From positions 307,334,001-307,398,000 of the forward strand of contig OZ024743.1 of the NCBI GenBank assembly GCA_964016885.1: DNA of 64,000 bases. The letters run 5' to 3'. Below the pieces are notes generated by a model. The model saw nothing but the letters and a program-made list of their open reading frames with translations. It did no database searches and had not been told where the DNA came from. This DNA is from Eledone cirrhosa. Taxonomy: Eukaryota. A program made the translations under genes and the position numbers. This document shows, one piece after another, positions 12,657 through 25,557 of this stretch (the first letter of the stretch is position 1; the number at the start of each line of letters is the position of its first letter).

Positions 12657-12850
12657 TTACTATCTTGATTATAGCTTCACTAATGATGGAATTTGGTAGA
12701 CATTCATGTTACTATCTTGATGATGGGTTTACTAGTGATGGATTTGGTAGACATTCATGTTACTATCTTGATTATAGCTTCACTAGTGATGGAATTTGGT
12801 AGACATTCATGTTATCTTGATTATAGCTTCACTAGTGATGGAATTTGGTG
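12657..12850. repeat. Minisatellite, about 52-bp unit, about 4 copies
   Basis: ttactatcttgattatagcttcactagtgatggaatttggtagacattcatg repeated. Confidence 0.9.
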
Positions 12851-13212
12851 CCAGAGATTACACATATGAAAGAATAAAAAAAAAACACTGAAGTGTATCT
12901 GCAATAATCTATTGCATGTGTGTGGTGGTGAAATTAGGCCAGACTAAAAATATGTAAAATTATCTACAGTTAAATTGTCATTGTGGAAAAGAGGACGTTA
13001 AACAGTGATGATGATGATATATATTAGTGACCTGTGTGTACCTAGACTCACGTGATTATAAATTCAACAGTAGCAGCCATTACTGAAACCAGTTCAAAAA
13101 CAATTGGTCTAACAGCCATCAACCTGTATTAATAATACACATTTTTAGAACAGGACAAAACAGACAGTAAACAACAGAAGATATAATTTCAATTAAAAAA
13201 TAAATACTTTAG

Positions 13213-13932
13213 GATTCCTTTATCTGAAATTCCAAATCTGAAAACCTCCAAAGTCCAATAATTTTTCTTGTGCTGACAAAAATTGCCACAAATGGAAAAT
13301 AGTGCTTCCTCATCTCTTTTGTAGGTCATGGGGTGGAGGGGGGGGGGGGGGGGGCAGCATGTGGGTACAGTTACATACAAAACATTATTTTTATGTGAAA
13401 TCAAAAATAATGTTTTGTAACTGGATTGGCAGTATTGGTAGAGGGTTGGACGCCATGCTTTGACGCATAGAGTTGTGGCCCTTGCCATTCTGAGTTCAAA
13501 TCCCGCCAAGGTTAACTTTGCCTTTCATCCTTACGGGGTCGATAAAATAAAGTAGTAGTAATACACTGGGATAATTGCTGGCCTTGTGCCAAAAGTAGAA
13601 ACAATTATTTTTGTGCAATCTGAAGTTTACCATGTAAAAATCTATTAGCATTTTACTTGTATCTGTGAATATATAAAATCTATTAAAATTTATATAAAAT
13701 GACCTTCAAGGTATATGTAATTTATATAAAATTTATATAAAATCACCTTCAGGGTATATGTAATTTATATAAGACTATATATATAAGCTGTATTAAGTAA
13801 TGTAAATGGATGTCATGTTCATCCTATGATGTTCCATTTTATAAAGGTTGTATATAAAGTATATAAATATTCCAAAATCTGAAACACTTCCAGTCCTAAG
13901 CATTTTGGATAAATGCTTGGATTCTCAACCTA
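13213..13932. mobile_element. Tigger/pogo-like MITE remnant containing a SINE
   Basis: Left ccttta-tctgaaattccaaatctgaaa and right tccaaaatctgaaacacttccagtcctaagcattttggataa..ctcaacct resemble Tigger-type termini. Confidence 0.45.
13423..13608 (+). mobile_element. Nin/Deu SINE
   Basis: Closely matches 8052-8250. Confidence 0.87.
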
Positions 13933-14159
13933 TATAATTACTGTATATAATCATATATATTCTTAAATATATACTCATATATAAATTCAAATATATATTC
14001 GTATATATACTCATGTATATATTCATATATAAGCTAAGACATATGTGACAAAAATAAATCAATGGTATAATGGGGCGTCAGCTTATATTGGAGGTCAATA
14101 TTTTGCCGATTTTTACATACTTCACATTCTACTTAAATGAGGTACTAAAATATTTTTTG

Positions 14160-14375
14160 CTTTGAAGGTGAATATTATACCAGTTTCACTTTGGAGGTGA
14201 ATATTACACTGGTTTCACTTTGGAGGTGAATATTACACTGGTTTCACTTTGGAGGTAAAAATTACACTGGTTTCATTTTGGAGGTGAATATTACACCAGT
14301 TTCACTTTGGAGGTAAATATTACACCAGTTTCACTTTGGAGGTGAATATTACACCAGTTTCACTTTGGAGGTGAA
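14160..14375. repeat. Minisatellite, 29-bp unit (gtttcactttggaggtgaatattacacca), about 7 copies
   Basis: Periodicity read directly. Confidence 0.92.
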
Positions 14376-14827
14376 ATTTGTTTTTCCTATTGTTTTTTTA
14401 AAATATGTTTTGAATGAATATGGTCTTCAAAACAATCAAAATATTAAAACTTCAAAAAAATATTCTCCACTCGTGGGAATTTACAAAATCACACCATCTA
14501 AACATAACGTGTTGATTATTTGCTTTGGCTTTATCAGACATAAAATAGGGGGAGGTCAGCTTATATTTTGATTGGCTTAATTAAGATAGTGCCAACATAT
14601 TTAGCATAGTGAGCATCAAAAATCTAATCCCGGAAATACTTAGGCAGTAAAGAAAAGACATTAGATCAATGACTTACATACATTGTAATAATTTCAGCAA
14701 GTGTGGAAGGGAGATAATTCTAGATATGTTTTGGTTTCATTAGACTTCTTCAGTGAAACAGAAACCTCCCCATACTTGGTGAAGTAAAGATAAGAGAATT
14801 ACTAAGTACATGTAGATTATTGTACAT

Positions 14828-15688
14828 GAGCGGAGGTGGGTGTTCAGAAAGTACAATAACTAGGGTAAGAACGGGATGGAAGAAGTTTAGGGAACTACTA
14901 CCACTGCTAGCTGCAAAAGGGTTCTCCCTCAGAACGAAAGGCAGACTGTATGATGCGTGTATCCGAACAGCGATGTTGTATGGTAGTGAGACCTGGGCGC
15001 TGAAGGTGGAAGACTTACGTAGATTAGAGAGAAACGAAGCCTGCATGCTCCGATGGATGTGTAACAGTAATATACGTGAACGACAAAGCATAAATGAATT
15101 GAGAGAGAGACTGAGCATAAGAGGAATCAAATGCTGTGTGCAGGAGAGGCGGTTGCGCTGGTATGGACATGTGATGCATATGAAGGATGACAGCTGCATA
15201 AAAAGGTGCAGAGCACTAGAAGTGGATGGAAACCGCGGAGTGAGGAGACCCAAGATGACCTGGGATGAGGTGATAAAAGCCGACCTTACCCAATTACACC
15301 TCTCAAAGGCAATGACACACGACCGTGACCTCTGGCGTCACGCAGTAATACAGAGTACTCGACCTCCCATGGGTACAAGCTGAAGCATATAGACAATATG
15401 CCTCCACACACCCCACTGCAAGGTGGTCGTGGAGGTGCCACGGCAAAAAAGCACCCAGCCCACACTGTAAAGTGGACGTGTAGGCGCCACGAAAAAGCAC
15501 CCAGCACTCACTGTAAATGAGGTTGGTGTTAGGAAGGGCATCCAGCTGTAGAAATCAAGCCAAAATCAGTTCCTGTATGAGCAAGGCATGGTCAGCCGAC
15601 CAGACACTGCCCACAACAGGACAACCCGTCTAACCCATGCTAGCGTGGAACAACGGACGTAAAACGATGATGATGATGATGATGATGA
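14828..15688 (+). mobile_element. 5'-truncated RTE LINE, same family as 350-3645
   Basis: High identity to 2830-3645 with an intact frame (YGSETW, RRLRWYGHV); (GAT)n tail; duplicated 3' UTR block aaaaagcacccagc..ctgtaaa. Confidence 0.93.
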
Positions 15689-15984
15689 GTGGGTGTGAGC
15701 AATCAGTATATTTAAAAACAAATAAATCACCAAGGTTATTACCCAGAGATATCATCAATATGATAAAAAGCTACAATTAAACATGTAACAACATAAGTCC
15801 TTTACTATGTATCAAACATCTAAATGGAAATATTCTAAACCTTTTAATAATGTTTATAGATTAATGACAGTAAATTATTTAATTAACAGTGATTTTGTAA
15901 ATTTTGTTGTTTAATTAACTCTCAACATTCATTAAAAATTCACATCTTTACCCTAAAAATTGCAAATTTTCACAATTATACTAT

Positions 15985-16615
15985 AATTATATAGTAAAGA
16001 TACTATAAACAAATAGTAAAGATACTATAAACATAGTAAAGATACTATAAACATATAGTAAAGATACTATAAACAAATAGTAAAGATACTATAAACATAT
16101 AGTAAAGATACTATAAATATATAGTAAAGATATTATAAACATATAGTAAAGATACTATAAATATATAGTAAAAATATTATAAATATATAGTAAAGATACT
16201 ATAAACATATAGTAAAGATACTATAAACATTTTGTAAAGATACTATAAACATATAGCAAAGATACTATAAACATAGTAAAGATACTATAAACATATAGTA
16301 AAGATACTATAAACATTTTGTAAAGATACTATAAATATAGTAAAGATATAAACATATAGTAAAGATACTATAAACACATAGTAAAGATACTATAAACATA
16401 GTAAAGATACTGTAAACATATAGTAAAGATACTATAAACATATAGTAAAGATACTATAAACATATAGTAAAGATATAAATATAGTAAAGATACTATAAAT
16501 ATATAGTAAAGATACTATAAACATATAGTAAAGATACTATAAACATATAGTAAAGATACTATAAATATAGTAAAGATATTATAAACAAATAGCAAAGATG
16601 CTGTTAATATTTATA
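15985..16615. repeat. Minisatellite, 20-22-bp unit (atagtaaagatactataaacat), about 29 copies
   Basis: Periodicity read directly. Confidence 0.95.
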
Positions 16616-16832
16616 GTAACAAACCAGTCTTTAAATGTTTTCTGCTAAATCATTATAGGATGTTAAGAGTTAATAAAATCATTTTAAAATATTTTTATGT
16701 CGTGAAATCATTTTAAACATTTTCTGGAAAATAAAGAGAAATCTTTAATTTAAAGAAATATTCAACCTTAAAAAAGAAATAGGAAAATGAAATCAGTCAA
16801 AAAAAGAAAAAAAATGTTGTATTTGTTTTTAC

Positions 16833-17065
16833 CAATTGCACTTGTAATTCCAAAAATGAGAGCTGGCACCATAAGTATGGTTGTTTTGGAATCAGGAAAC
16901 TCCTTTAACCATTGTATAACAATTATTCCAATGCTTACTGCAACACCTATTGTGAACAAATGGCATATGTAAGCTGCCATTGCAAATAATAAATCCCGCA
17001 GTATAAGTGGACGATCACCTATCAAGGATGGACGGGAAGAATGGTCTGAGTAAACGACATCTGCA
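16833..17065 (-). CDS. Internal coding exon of an MFS transporter gene (SLC16/monocarboxylate-transporter-like TM1-TM2)
   Basis: Polypyrimidine tract plus acceptor (ttttctcttttcttcttctatttctag|T) and donor G|gtaaaa. Translation ADVVYSDH...LLFAMAAYICHLFTIGVAVSIGIIVIQWLKEFPDSKTTILMVPALIFGITSAIG has two hydrophobic helices and resembles the MCT-family N-terminus. Phase matches the upstream exon. Family call is by eye. Confidence 0.75.
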
Positions 17066-17117
17066 CTAGAAATAGAAGAAGAAAAGAGAAAACTCATAAT
17101 ATCAATACAAATTAGTT

Positions 17118-17756
17118 TATCCTTTTTTACTAAACCACCTGAAACCATCCCTGGTTCTATTGTACAACACTGTATATTTTAAAGTATTAATATTTATCTA
17201 AAAATCTTCCATCATAATTTTATGTAAGAACTTTTGTTAAGTTATATTACAAAAATGAGTTTAATAATGAGAAAGTTAACTATATTATAAAATCTCTCCT
17301 ATTTTTTGATTATTTTCAAAGTTACTTAAAATCATAAGCAGTGTTTTTCATTAGAAATATAGTAACAAAAGGCTTAAAGTTTTCGTATCTATCTAAAAAT
17401 CTTCCATCATAATTTTATGTAAGAGCCTTTGTTAACCCTTTAATGTTCAAACCGGCCAAAATTCTCTACCTTTTTCTGTTGAAATTGGCCACTCAAACTG
17501 ATGTTAAGGTATTGTTCTCAAAATAAATACTTTCAAAATCTCATAGATTCGATATTATGTGAGATAAAGCATTTACCATGAAAATATAATAGTATATATA
17601 GAGTAATGTGAATACTAAATGGTTAAGTTATATTACAAACACAGGATAAACATTGAGAAAGTTTGTTATATTACTAAATCACTGCAAAGTCTTGATTATT
17701 TTCAAAAGGATTCGAAAATCCTAAGCAGTGTCTTTCATTAACGAAATGGTTAAAAT
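17118..17756. mobile_element. piggyBac-type MITE family B: one copy plus a tandem partial duplicate
   Basis: tctaaaaatcttccatcataattttatgtaag...gcagtgt(t/c)tttcatta repeated; right ends gg(c)ttaa; related copy at about 21270-21665. Confidence 0.55.
17436..17622. mobile_element. piggyBac-type MITE family A inserted at TTAA
   Basis: TTAA|cccttta...ctaaatgg|TTAA; empty site visible in the paralogous copy (ttttgTTAAgttatattac at about 17235). Confidence 0.85.
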
Positions 17757-17899
17757 GAACTTAGAAAGATGATTTTACATGTAGGCAAGAAATATATGAG
17801 CATTTAAGTTGGTTAGGTGACTACAAAAGCCCCAGTAACACATCTTTTCTCAAGCTGACATCAACAAGGCACCAGGCTCATTAAGTCTTTTACCAGCAC

Positions 17900-19600
17900 A
17901 GCTTCCTTTCTGTTGTTGTGCTCCTTCATTATCGTCTCTGTGAGGTTCGACATGTAAAGTTCAGCTCTCACCACCTCTGCCCAAGTCTTCCTTGGTCTTC
18001 CTCTACTGGAGCTTCCTTCCACCTGTAGTGATCCTTTGTTACCTTCTCTGAAAGGTTTGAAATGTTGAGATCAGCTCTCATCACCCCCACCCAGGTCTTC
18101 CTTTACTGGTATTCCTTCACTTAAAATTCATCATCTATATGCATCACATGGCTATACCAGTGCAGTCTTCTGACTTGTACACTAGATCTAATAGCTCTTA
18201 CACCCAGTCTTTCTCTCAGTTCATCCATGCTTCACATATCCATCAAAGTGTATCTCCCACATATAAAGTATTCCTTTTTTGCTAGTCTGACTACAATCCC
18301 ATAACATCTCTTGTGTATCCAGGTTTTACATTGTGTGTGTACACCATCAGAGTTCTTACCTTTTCTACATATTAAACATGGCCACTTCTCTGATGGAATC
18401 AGAGTCCTGTCTTCTTTCCTACTTACTAAAACTTCGGTATTTATAAAGGGTTTTTTTTATCCCTTTTGATTCTAAGTTCTGTTTCCAAAGTAGGAATTTC
18501 TTCCCAGGCTCTTCCACAGATTCAGTAATAAAAATTAGGTTGTCAGTATACAGAAGTTCATATGGGCAACCAGTCTTAAACTTCTGTTACGACCAGGAGA
18601 ATTATAATAAACAAGATGGGGCTAAGAACTAAACCCTGAGGAACTCCTACCTGCACACTGAATTCCTCACTAAACTCATTACCTACTCTCACTTTATTTA
18701 CATTTCCTCTGTGCATGGCTTGCATTGCTCTCACAAGCCATTCTTCTACACCTAATTTCCTTAAGGACCACCAGATGACAGATCATGGTACTCTGTCAAA
18801 AGCCTTCTCTAGATCAACAAAAGCTAAATATAGAAACTAGAAGCTTCTCTTGTACTTACCTCACCAAGAAGAGTGCATCTGTAGTACATCTACATGGCAC
18901 AAAACTAGACTACATCTTATCTAGTTTGACTCTTTCCCTAATTAGTTGTGTTAGAACTCTTTCTGTCATTTTCATAACCTAGTCAATTAGTTTTATGCCC
19001 CTATAGTTATTCCTTTTTAACACATCACCTTTACCCTTGTTGCAATTAATGAATATACTGCTGCACCAGCCATTGAGTATGAATCCCTCCTGTATTATCT
19101 GATTGACTATGTGGGTGACTATCCATAGCCGCATGTGCCCTGCTGTAGCCATCCTGGTGCTGTCCAACATGTCCTTTGAAATTGCCAGCAAGGATGATGA
19201 GGTCCCTGTCATCTGTTATTACAGTCTTTATAGAAATGATCCTTTTGTTCCTTACTTAGTCATGCTTGTGATACAGGATAATTGTTGTCATTCTATTGCC
19301 TATGACTATTCTGAGTTTGATAATTCTGTTTACTCTAACCACCTCAATTACCTTTTCTATCCACTCCTTAACTATTAAAATATCTATTCCACCTACCCCA
19401 TCATCATTTCCTACCCAGAAGAGTTTATATCTATACTGTTTGTTTTTGAGATATCTAACTGAGGCTCTCTTCCATTTCATTTCTTGAACATGGTACACAT
19501 CTACTCCTCTCGACAATTTCCCTTTCAATGTATCAACATTAAGAGTGGTAGCTCTGAGATGTGTTCCCTGATAAATATTAGAGTGGCAGCTCTAAGATGT
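17900..19600 (-). mobile_element. Old, deleted RTE LINE related to the 350-3645 family
   Basis: Minus-strand remnants: YKLFWVGNDDGVGG, CNKGKGDVLKRNNYRGIKL, DLEKAFDRVP-like, PYELLYTD, PSEKWPC, GRPRKTW-like. Confidence 0.82.
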
Positions 19601-19974
19601 GGTACCTGATAAATATTGTTATCTAATGTTGGTATCCATCCATTGTTGCCTCACCTGTGAATGACTGAAAAGATTTTTCTAGATCAAAGCTTAGCTTTCT
19701 TTTCAAACTAACGTCTAGCTTTCATTCAATGTGTATCTCTTCCTCAGAATCACAAATCTTTGCCTATATTTAAATTATTGATTTCTATCTTTGGCTCAAG
19801 GTAATATATTTTTGAGAAGATTATAATCAATTCAATTATCTTCTGTACTTGACTAATAAATTGTATTATTGACCTTACCCTAATTAATTAGATCAATTAA
19901 TTAGACAACAATCTTTGCCAACTAAACACAATCATACAGCAAGGATTTATTCTGCCATTCCCTCTCACTTCTTT

Positions 19975-20125
19975 ATGTTCTGAGTTCAAATTCCACTGAG
20001 ATCATCTTTGCTTTTCATCCTTCCAGGGTCGATAAAATAAAGTAGCAACCAAGTACTGAGGTCAATATAAATTACTTCCCCTTTCCCACAAGTTGCTGGC
20101 CTCATGTCTAAATTAGAAACCAATA
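19975..20125 (+). mobile_element. Degenerate Nin/Deu SINE
   Basis: tgagttcaaattcc..tttgcttttcatccttccagggtcgataaaataaagta..gctggcctcatgtctaaattagaaac. Confidence 0.75.
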
Positions 20126-20409
20126 TTTCACACTTGGTATAAAATGGTTAAAGAAAGTCAAATGTACAATGTTTGGTATTTGTCTTGTGTGCAAAATTAT
20201 TTTTAGTATACCTTTATCTTTGTCTACATGTTGCTCATGAACAGGGTCCTCATATTTTACAATGGCCATTTGATATAGCTAAACTATGTCACAACTTAGG
20301 TAGTTGATTGAACATTTGGGGCCAAAATCTGATATTTGTATAAGAAATGAAAATACATAAAATACTACAATAAAATACAACTTGTTTTGACATATATATA
20401 TTGTTTATT

Positions 20410-20935
20410 TCTTCTTCTTCTTCTTTTCCTCCTCCTTTTTCTTCACTCATTTATTCTTGAGAGGATCATGGAGAAAGAGTCCTCAAACATTCCCTCCAGT
20501 GGGTCCTGTCAGAAGCAACCATCTCCAGCTGATCTGGCTGGATCTCCAAGCATGACCAGCCAAGTCATGGATGTTATCCAACCATCTTGCGCAGGGTCTA
20601 CCCCTGGGTCTCCTGCTGGCTGGTTTTACCTGTAAAATCTGTCCAGTGATTCTTTCCTGAGACATTCTAACCACATACCCATCGTACTGGAGCTGTGAAT
20701 TCTCAATTCAGAGAAGTAGTGGTTCCACCTGGAGTGAATCTCTGATTCCCAAGCTACACACACTATTGAATAACGTTATTCCAAAGACCCTTCAGAGAGA
20801 CCCCATTTCAGATGCAGCACAGCCAACCAAATATTCACACTGCGGCAGGTCTTCGAGGTAGGTTTTGTAGACCTTGAAAAGGCATATGACTCCTTTCCTC
20901 AGAACCTGCTGTGGAAGGTTCTGCAGGAGTATTCT
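20410..20935 (-). mobile_element. Short RTE-like LINE 3' fragment with an inverted RT segment
   Basis: Minus strand: VRMSQERI..RRPRGRPCARWLD and a (GAA)n tail. Plus strand about 20858-20932: FVDLEKAYDSFPQNLLWKVLQEY. Confidence 0.7.
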
Positions 20936-21699
20936 ATTTACTGATTTATTTATTTACATGCCTGAGATCAAAAAGGGTTCAAATATTCCATGAAGGGTCC
21001 ATGGTCAAAGAGGCTCTTGTTTAGGGTCTCACACTCTGCAGGGGTCTTATAGCAACTAAAAAGTATGTTTTCTATTTGTGTGAGATCTGATGTAATGATT
21101 CTTAACAAAGGGATTCCAAGCTAAGGATCCCACCAAGTTTAAAGCTTCCAGCACTGAAGACAATGACCCAAAGTGTACTTTATCATACACTCAACATATT
21201 ACCTTGATCAGTATTTAGTTAATAGATATAAATGATACTGAACATTAATGTGCAATTTTGTTGATCAAATTAATCCTCTTGATACCAACCCACCTGAAAA
21301 CATGTCTGGTTCTATGATACAAAATTTGTTTTAAAATATTTATATTGATCTAACAACATTCCATCAAAATTTTATGTAAGAACCTTTGTTAAATTGTGAG
21401 AAAGTTAGTTTATTATTAAATTCTTCCAAATTAAATTCTAGATTATTTTTGAAACTATTTGAAAATCATTAGTAGTGTCTTTTATTAAATATTCTCAGAC
21501 ACATACACATATTCCAGCGTAATTTTATGTAAGAACCTTTGTTACATTATATTCAGAATACCAGAGAAAGTTAGTTATATTACTTACTAAACTCTCCAGA
21601 TTTTTTACTGCTTTCTATGTGATATGAAAAAGATAGGCAGTGTCTATCATTAGAAATATGGTGGAAAATAGACATTAAACAATGATGATGATGATGTTG

Positions 21700-22570
21700 A
21701 TGAAAGGATTAAAAACATAGGAAGTGACTTTCATTAGAAATATAGTAATAAGAGGATTAAATACATAGACAGTGTCTTTCATTAGAAATACAGTAATGAG
21801 AGGGTTAAAGACATAGACAGTGTCATTGATTAGAAATATGGTAATGAAAGGGTTAAAAACATAGAAAGTGTCTTTCATTAGAAATATTGTAATGAAAGGG
21901 TTAAAGACATAGGCAGTGTCTTTCATTAGAAATATTGTACTGAAAGGGTTAAAGACAGGCAGTGTCTTTCATTAGAAATATTGTAATGAAAGGGTTAAAG
22001 ACATAGGCAGTGTCTTTCATTAGAAATATTGTAATGAAAGGGTTAAAGACATAGGCAGTGTCTTTCATTAGAAATATTGTACTGAAAGGGTTAAAGACAT
22101 AGGCAGTGTCTTTCACTAGAAATATTGTAATGAAAGGGTTAAAGACATAGGCAGTGTCTTTCATTAGAAATATTGTAATGAAAGGGTTAAAGACATAGGC
22201 AGTGTCTTTCATTAGAAATATTGTACTGAAAGGGTTAAAGACATAGGCAGTGTCTTTCATTAGAAATATTGTAATGAAAGGGTTAAAGACATAGGCAGTG
22301 TCTTTCATTAGAAATATTGTACTGAAAGGGTTAAAGACATAGGCAGTGTCTTTCATTAGAAATATTGTAATGAAAGGGTTAAAGACATAGGCAGTGTCTT
22401 TCATTAGAAATATTGTAATGAAAGGGTTAAAGACATAGGCAGTGTCTTTCATTAGAAATATTGTAATGAAAGGGTTAAAGACATAGGCAGTGTCTTTCAT
22501 TAGAGATATTGTAATGAAAGGGTTAAAGACATAGGCAGTGTCTTTCATTAGAAATATTGTACTGAAAAGG
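21700..22570. repeat. Minisatellite, 48-bp unit (gaaagggttaaagacataggcagtgtctttcattagaaatattgtaat), about 18 copies
   Basis: Highly homogeneous array; the unit matches the right end of MITE family B. Confidence 0.95.
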
Positions 22571-22683
22571 TCAGGTAGAAAGCTGCTGAAAACAGTTGAT
22601 AAACTAAAGACATTTGTCATTAATATATGAAGAAATGTATGAAAGTAAGTGACCTGTGGATCTGGTTCATCTCTCTCAGGTGG

Positions 22684-23420
22684 TTATTACAGGTAGATAG
22701 CTGTAAAGATGGTATGAGTTATTACAGGTAGATAGCTGTAAAGATGGTGTGAGATATTACAGGTAGATGGCTGTAAAGGTGGTATGAGATATTACAGGTA
22801 GATGGCTGTAAAGGTGGTATGAGTTATTACAGGTAGATGGCTGTAAAGGTGGTATGAGATATTACAGGTAGATGGTTGTAAAGATGGTATGAGTTATTAC
22901 AGGTAGATAGCTGTAAAGGTGGTATGAGATATTACAGGTAGATGGCTGTAAAGATGGTATGAGATATTACAGGTAGATGGCTGTAAAGGTGGTATGAGAT
23001 ATTACAGGTAGATAGCTGTAAAGGTAGTATGAGATATTACAGGTAGATGGCTGTAAAGATGGTATGAGTTATTACAGGTAGATGGCTGTAAAGGTGGTAT
23101 GAGATAGTACAGGTAGATGGCTGTAAAGATGGTATGAGATATTACAGGTATATAGCTGTAAAGATGGTGTGAGTTATTACAGGTAGATGGTTGTAAAGGT
23201 GGTATGAGATAGTACAGGTAGATGGCTGTAAAGGTGGTATGAGATAGTACAGGTAGATGGTTGTAAAGATGGTATGAGTTATTACAGGTAGATGTTTTTA
23301 AAGACGGTATGATAGATTACAAGTACATGGTTGTAAAGATGGTATGATAGATTACAGGTAAAGGGTTGTGAAGGTGGTATGAAATATTACAGGTAGATCG
23401 TTATAAAGATGGTATGACAG
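22684..23420. repeat. Minisatellite, 35-bp unit (attacaggtagatggctgtaaagatggtatgagat), about 21 copies
   Basis: Periodicity read directly. Confidence 0.95.
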
Positions 23421-23651
23421 GTAAAGTTGCTTTTTTAGTAGGGTGCTGAATAAAAAGCACTCAGTCAACGCTGTAAATGTGGTTGGTGTTAAGGGCATCT
23501 AGCTGTAAAAACCAAGCCAGAAATCGTTCTGTATGAGCAAGCCATGGTCATCTGACTATCAACAGGGGAAATAACCATGTGTATACTATCAACAGGGGAA
23601 TAACCATGACTTAAAAGCAACTAAACACAAATCAGACTAGTTCACAGAATA

Positions 23652-23902
23652 TACTCTTGGGTCCCAAATAACACGAGAGGGGGTTGTAATGTTCTTTTTT
23701 TGTCATATAAATTTTTTTGTTAATGTAAAATAAAATAATTATTAGATTCTCCAGCTGCTGTATTAATATAAATCACTTACAATAAAATTTCGCCAGAGAT
23801 ATATTAGCAAAATTTAATAAGCGGCAGGGTGGAAAAAAAACTGAAAAATTAATAATTGGGAGAGGGGGGGGGGGGGGAGCATTATTCAAGACCTGAGAGT
23901 AT
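23652..23902. mobile_element. Possible Tc1/mariner-type MITE
   Basis: Imperfect inverted termini tactcttgggtcccaaataa / ttattcaagacctgagagta in a TA context. Confidence 0.45.
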
Positions 23903-23904
23903 AT

Positions 23905-24520
23905 ACTTAAAACTAAACATTTATAGGATATAGTCATACATGATAGACTAGTTTATAGAAAATACATTCTTAAAACTAAACACATACCAGGTAGGCTAGT
24001 TTATAGAAAATACATTCTTAAAACTAAACACATACCAGGTAGGCTAGTTTATAGAAGATACATTCTTAAAACTAAACACATACCAGGTAGGCTAGTTTAT
24101 AGAAAATACATTCTTAAAACTAAACACATACCAGGTAGGCTAGTTTATAGAAGATACATTCTTAAAACTAAACACATACCAGGTAGGCTAGTTTATAGAA
24201 GATACATTCTTAAAACTAAACACATACCAGTAGGCTAGTTTATAGAAGATAATTCTTAAAACTAAACACATACCAGTAGGCTAGTTTATAGAAGATACAT
24301 TCTTAAAACTAAACACATACCAGGTAGGTTAGTTTATAGAAGATACATTCTTAAAACTAAACACATACCAGTAGGCTAGTTTATAGAAGATACATTCTTA
24401 AAACTAAACACAAACCAGGTAGGCTAGTTTATAGAAGATACATTCTTAAAACTAAACACAAACCAGGTAGGCTAGTTTATAGAAGATACATTCTTAAAAC
24501 TAAACACAAACCAGGTAGAT
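23905..24520. repeat. Minisatellite, 48-bp unit (ttaaaactaaacacataccaggtaggctagtttatagaagatacattc), about 12 copies
   Basis: Periodicity read directly. Confidence 0.95.
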
Positions 24521-25557
24521 ACAAATCATGTAAAAATAAAAAAGATAATGAAATTAAATGTAAAGGCTCAAATTTCTTTTTGTTGTTTTTTTCCATATGA
24601 AGTCTTGGTTAGAAATAAATTAATTACAATATAGCTGTATGGTTAAGGAATTTGGTTTGCAATCATTAGGTTTTGTGTTTGATCTCACCTCATGGCATCT
24701 TCGGTATTTGTCAAGCTTCAAGCTGACCCACCCATAACTTGTGAGGGAAATTGGGTTTATGGAAACTGTTTGGAAGCCCATCAGAGGAACTCTACTTGTA
24801 ATAACTGAATTGCAAATTACATTAAAGGTACACATGTCCGTGGAATGCTCAGCCACTTTCATGTTAAGTTCATGAGTAGGCTGTTCCAATGATCAAACAA
24901 CTGGAACACTCATCATCGAAACCAACAAAGACCCCCCCCCCCCCAATGCCTCTGTCTCCCGATAAATCCAGCCATGCCAACACCTACATCTAGTACCACA
25001 TGGTTGTGAAGCAACTCCTTAACCACACAGCAATACCTGAACCTAGTTTGGCTGCCATGTCTATAGTTATATCATGTATTATACCAAGACTTTATATTTA
25101 GAATATGTGGTCCTACGACTTGTCCTGGGAGGCATGGGATGGATGCTCAAAGATTGTGTATCCCGAGACCCCAAAGAGAAGAAGAGAGGTGTTTTTTTTT
25201 GTTTTTTTTTTACATTTAGAAGAAATGTAATTCTATTGTTTTTGTGATGCATGTAGCTAATTCTTCTGTTCAACAGTACATTATTTGGGAAGTACTAAAC
25301 TAGTAGAATATATCTGATAACTTGCCCCAGGGCTATATTACTCATAAGACTGATTAAACTGAAGCTTAGGGGCCTTGCAAAGATTAGAAGCCCATAATTT
25401 TTTTTTTTATTATTACTATAGAGCAATGGAAATTTGAGGTGCCAGAGGGGAGGGGCAAAATACATGAAAGCCTGGGTATCCAACCATGGATTATACTACC
25501 TAGCCCATTTGAAATTAAAAATAAAAATCAATGAGAAAATCAACTGTTTCAACTCAC

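Noticed and set aside
13052-13123. Possible 72-bp minus-strand exon (cag|...|gtgagt; LMAVRPIVFELVSVMAATVEFII)
   Set aside because: Open only in phase 2, whereas the exon ending at 16833 is phase 1; weak polypyrimidine tract; not supportable without RNA-seq.
21675-22620. 223-aa and 83-aa ORFs of repeated MKDTAYVFNPFITIFL
   Set aside because: Artefact of a 48-bp (multiple of 3) stop-free satellite unit; no other sign of coding function.
9885-24520. Regularly spaced 29-52-bp repeats as possible CRISPR arrays
   Set aside because: Units are head-to-tail with no unique spacers, there are no cas genes, and the context is eukaryotic.
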